A stretch of 64,000 nucleotides of DNA from Heterodontus francisci. Taxonomy: Eukaryota. The position numbers and the translations under genes are program-made. The stretch's first letter is position 1, and the number at the start of each line of letters is the position of its first letter. Where the stretch lies: contig NC_090399.1 of assembly GCF_036365525.1 (NCBI RefSeq), forward strand, positions 20,222,529 through 20,286,528, read 5' to 3'. The notes under the pieces are model-generated. The model was given only the letters and a program-made list of their open reading frames with translations. It did no database searches and was not told the DNA's origin. Positions 61,880 through 64,000 of the stretch are shown in pieces.

Positions 61880-64000
61880 AACAAACGCTGGCTGGAATGT
61901 GTCACAGGCAGAGAGTAACAGACAGGCTGGAGTGTGTCACGCACACGCAGAATAACACACTGGCTGGAGGGTGTCACACACAGAGTAACACACAGGCTGC
62001 AGTGTGTCACAGACACACAGAGTAACACACAGGCTGCAGAGTGTCACATACACAGAGAGTAACACACTGGCTGCAGTGTGTCACATACACACAGAGTAAC
62101 ACACAGGCTGCAGAGTGTCAAACACACACAGAGTAACACACTGGCTGCAGTGTGTCACATACACAGAGTAACACATTGGCTGCAGTGTGTCACATACACA
62201 GAGTAACACACTGGCTGCAGTGTGTCACATACACAGAGAGTAACACACGGGCTGCTGTGTGTCACGTACACACAGAGTAACACACAGGCTGCAGAGTGTC
62301 ACACACACACAGAGTAACACACTGGCTGCAGTGTGTCACATAAACAGAGTAACACATTGGCTGCAGTGTGTCACATACACAGAGTAACACACTGGCTGCA
62401 GTGTGTCACATACACAGAGAGTAACACACGGGCTGCAGTGTGTCACGTACACACAGAGTAACACACTGGCTGCAGTGTGTCACATACACAGGGTAACACA
62501 CTGGCTGCAGTGTCACATACACAGAGAGTAACACTGGCTGCAGTGTGTCACATACACACAGAGTAACACATTGGCTGCAGTGTGTCATATACACAGAGTA
62601 ACACGCAGGCTGCAGTGTGTCACAGACACACAAAGTAACACACAGGCTGCAGTGTGCAACATACACACAGAGTAACACACTGGCTGCAGTGTGTCACATA
62701 CACAGAGAGTAACACACTGCAGCCAGTGTGTCACATACACAGAGAGTAACACACGGGCTGCAGTATGTCACGTACACACAGAGTAACACACTGGCTGCAG
62801 TGTGTCACGTACAAAGAGTAACACATTGGCTGCAGTGTGTCACATCCACAGAGCAACACACTGGCTGCAGTGTGTCACATACACAGAGAGTGACACACGG
62901 GCTGCAGTGTGTCAGGTACACACAGAGTAACACACTGGCTGCAGTGTGTCACATACACAGAGTAACACACTGGCTGCAGTGTGTCACAAACACAGAGAGT
63001 AACACACTGGCTGCAGTGTGTCACATACACACAGAGTAACACACGAGCTTCAGTGTGTCACATACACAGAGTAACGCACTGGCTGCAGTGTCACATACAC
63101 AGAGAGCAGCACGCAGGCTGCAGTGTGTCACAGACACAGAGAGTAACACACAGGCTGCATTGTGTCACATACACAGAGAGTAACACACTGTCTGCAGTGT
63201 GTCACATACGCAGACCAACACGCAGGCTGCACTGTGTCACATACACAGAGAGTAACACACAGGCTGCAGTGTGGCACATACACAGAGAGTAACACTGGCT
63301 GCAGTGTGTCACATACACAGAGTAACACACTGGCTGCAGTGTGTCACATACACAGAGTAACACACTGGCTGCAGTGTGTCACATACACAGAGAGTAACAC
63401 GCAGGCTGCAGTGTGTCACATCCACAGAGAGTAACACACAGGCTGCATTGTGTCACATACACAGAGAGTAACACTGGCTGCAGTGTGTCAAATACACACA
63501 GAGTAACACACTGGCTGCAGTGTGTCACATACACAGAGTAACACGCATGCTGCAGTGTGTCACATACACAGAGAGTAACACACGGGCTGCAGTATGTCAC
63601 ATACAAAGAGTAACACATTGGCTGCAGTGTGTCACATACACAGAGTAACACACTGGCTGCAGTGTGTCACATACACAGAGAGTGACACACGGGCTGCAGT
63701 GTGTCAGGTACACACAGAGTAACACACTGGCTGCAGTGTGTCACATACACAGAGTAACAGACTGGCTGCAGTGTGTCACATACACAGAGTAACACACTTT
63801 CTGCAGTGTGTCACCAGCACAGAGAGTAACACACGGGCTGCAGTATGTCACGTACACACAGAGTAACACACTGGCTGCAGTGTGTCACGTACAAAGAGTA
63901 ACACATTGACTGCAGTGTGTCACATACACAGAGCAACACACTGGCTGCAGTGTGTCACATACACAGAGAGTGACACACGGGCTGCAGTGTGTCAGGTACA
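61880..64000 (+). repeat. Satellite array of 33-37-bp monomers (CACAGAGTAACACACTGGCTGCAGTGTGTCACATA), continuing past the window end
   Basis: More than 2.1 kb of uninterrupted tandem monomers, roughly 60 copies. Confidence 0.97.

Noticed and set aside
61880-64000. CRISPR array (palindromic ~35-bp repeats)
   Set aside because: The monomers abut with no unique spacers, there are no cas genes, and the context is eukaryotic.

Overview
Vertebrate nuclear DNA, most likely from a cartilaginous fish (shark-type SINE/LINE families and GPR139-like receptor motifs; the taxon is an inference). The window is a head-to-tail tandem segmental duplication: units at 1-21038, 21039-37608 and 37609-58518, plus a partial fourth unit from 58519 to about 61780 that runs into a ~35-bp hairpin-forming satellite (about 61880 to the window end). 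Each complete unit carries one intact two-exon class A GPCR gene of the GPR139/GPR142-like type (320 aa). Its 64-nt first exon is missed by the ORF track. The rest of each unit is transposon debris: a DeuSINE/L2/MITE nest, a deleted Gypsy LTR element with a V-SINE inside, a Gmr1-like integrase fragment, old CR1 fragments and minisatellite blocks. A young 3.9-kb CR1 LINE is present in units 1 and 3 and absent from unit 2. Most notable points: (i) a diversifying GPR139-like receptor array with altered activation motifs and a copy-specific TATA change; (ii) a canonical U_UUA_AAC -1 frameshift heptamer joining CR1 ORF1 to an ORF2 that lacks a suitable ATG; (iii) a G-run that leaves ORF2 one base short in one copy and one base long in the other; (iv) mosaic ancestry of the units. 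All counts are by-eye alignments, and no searches were run.
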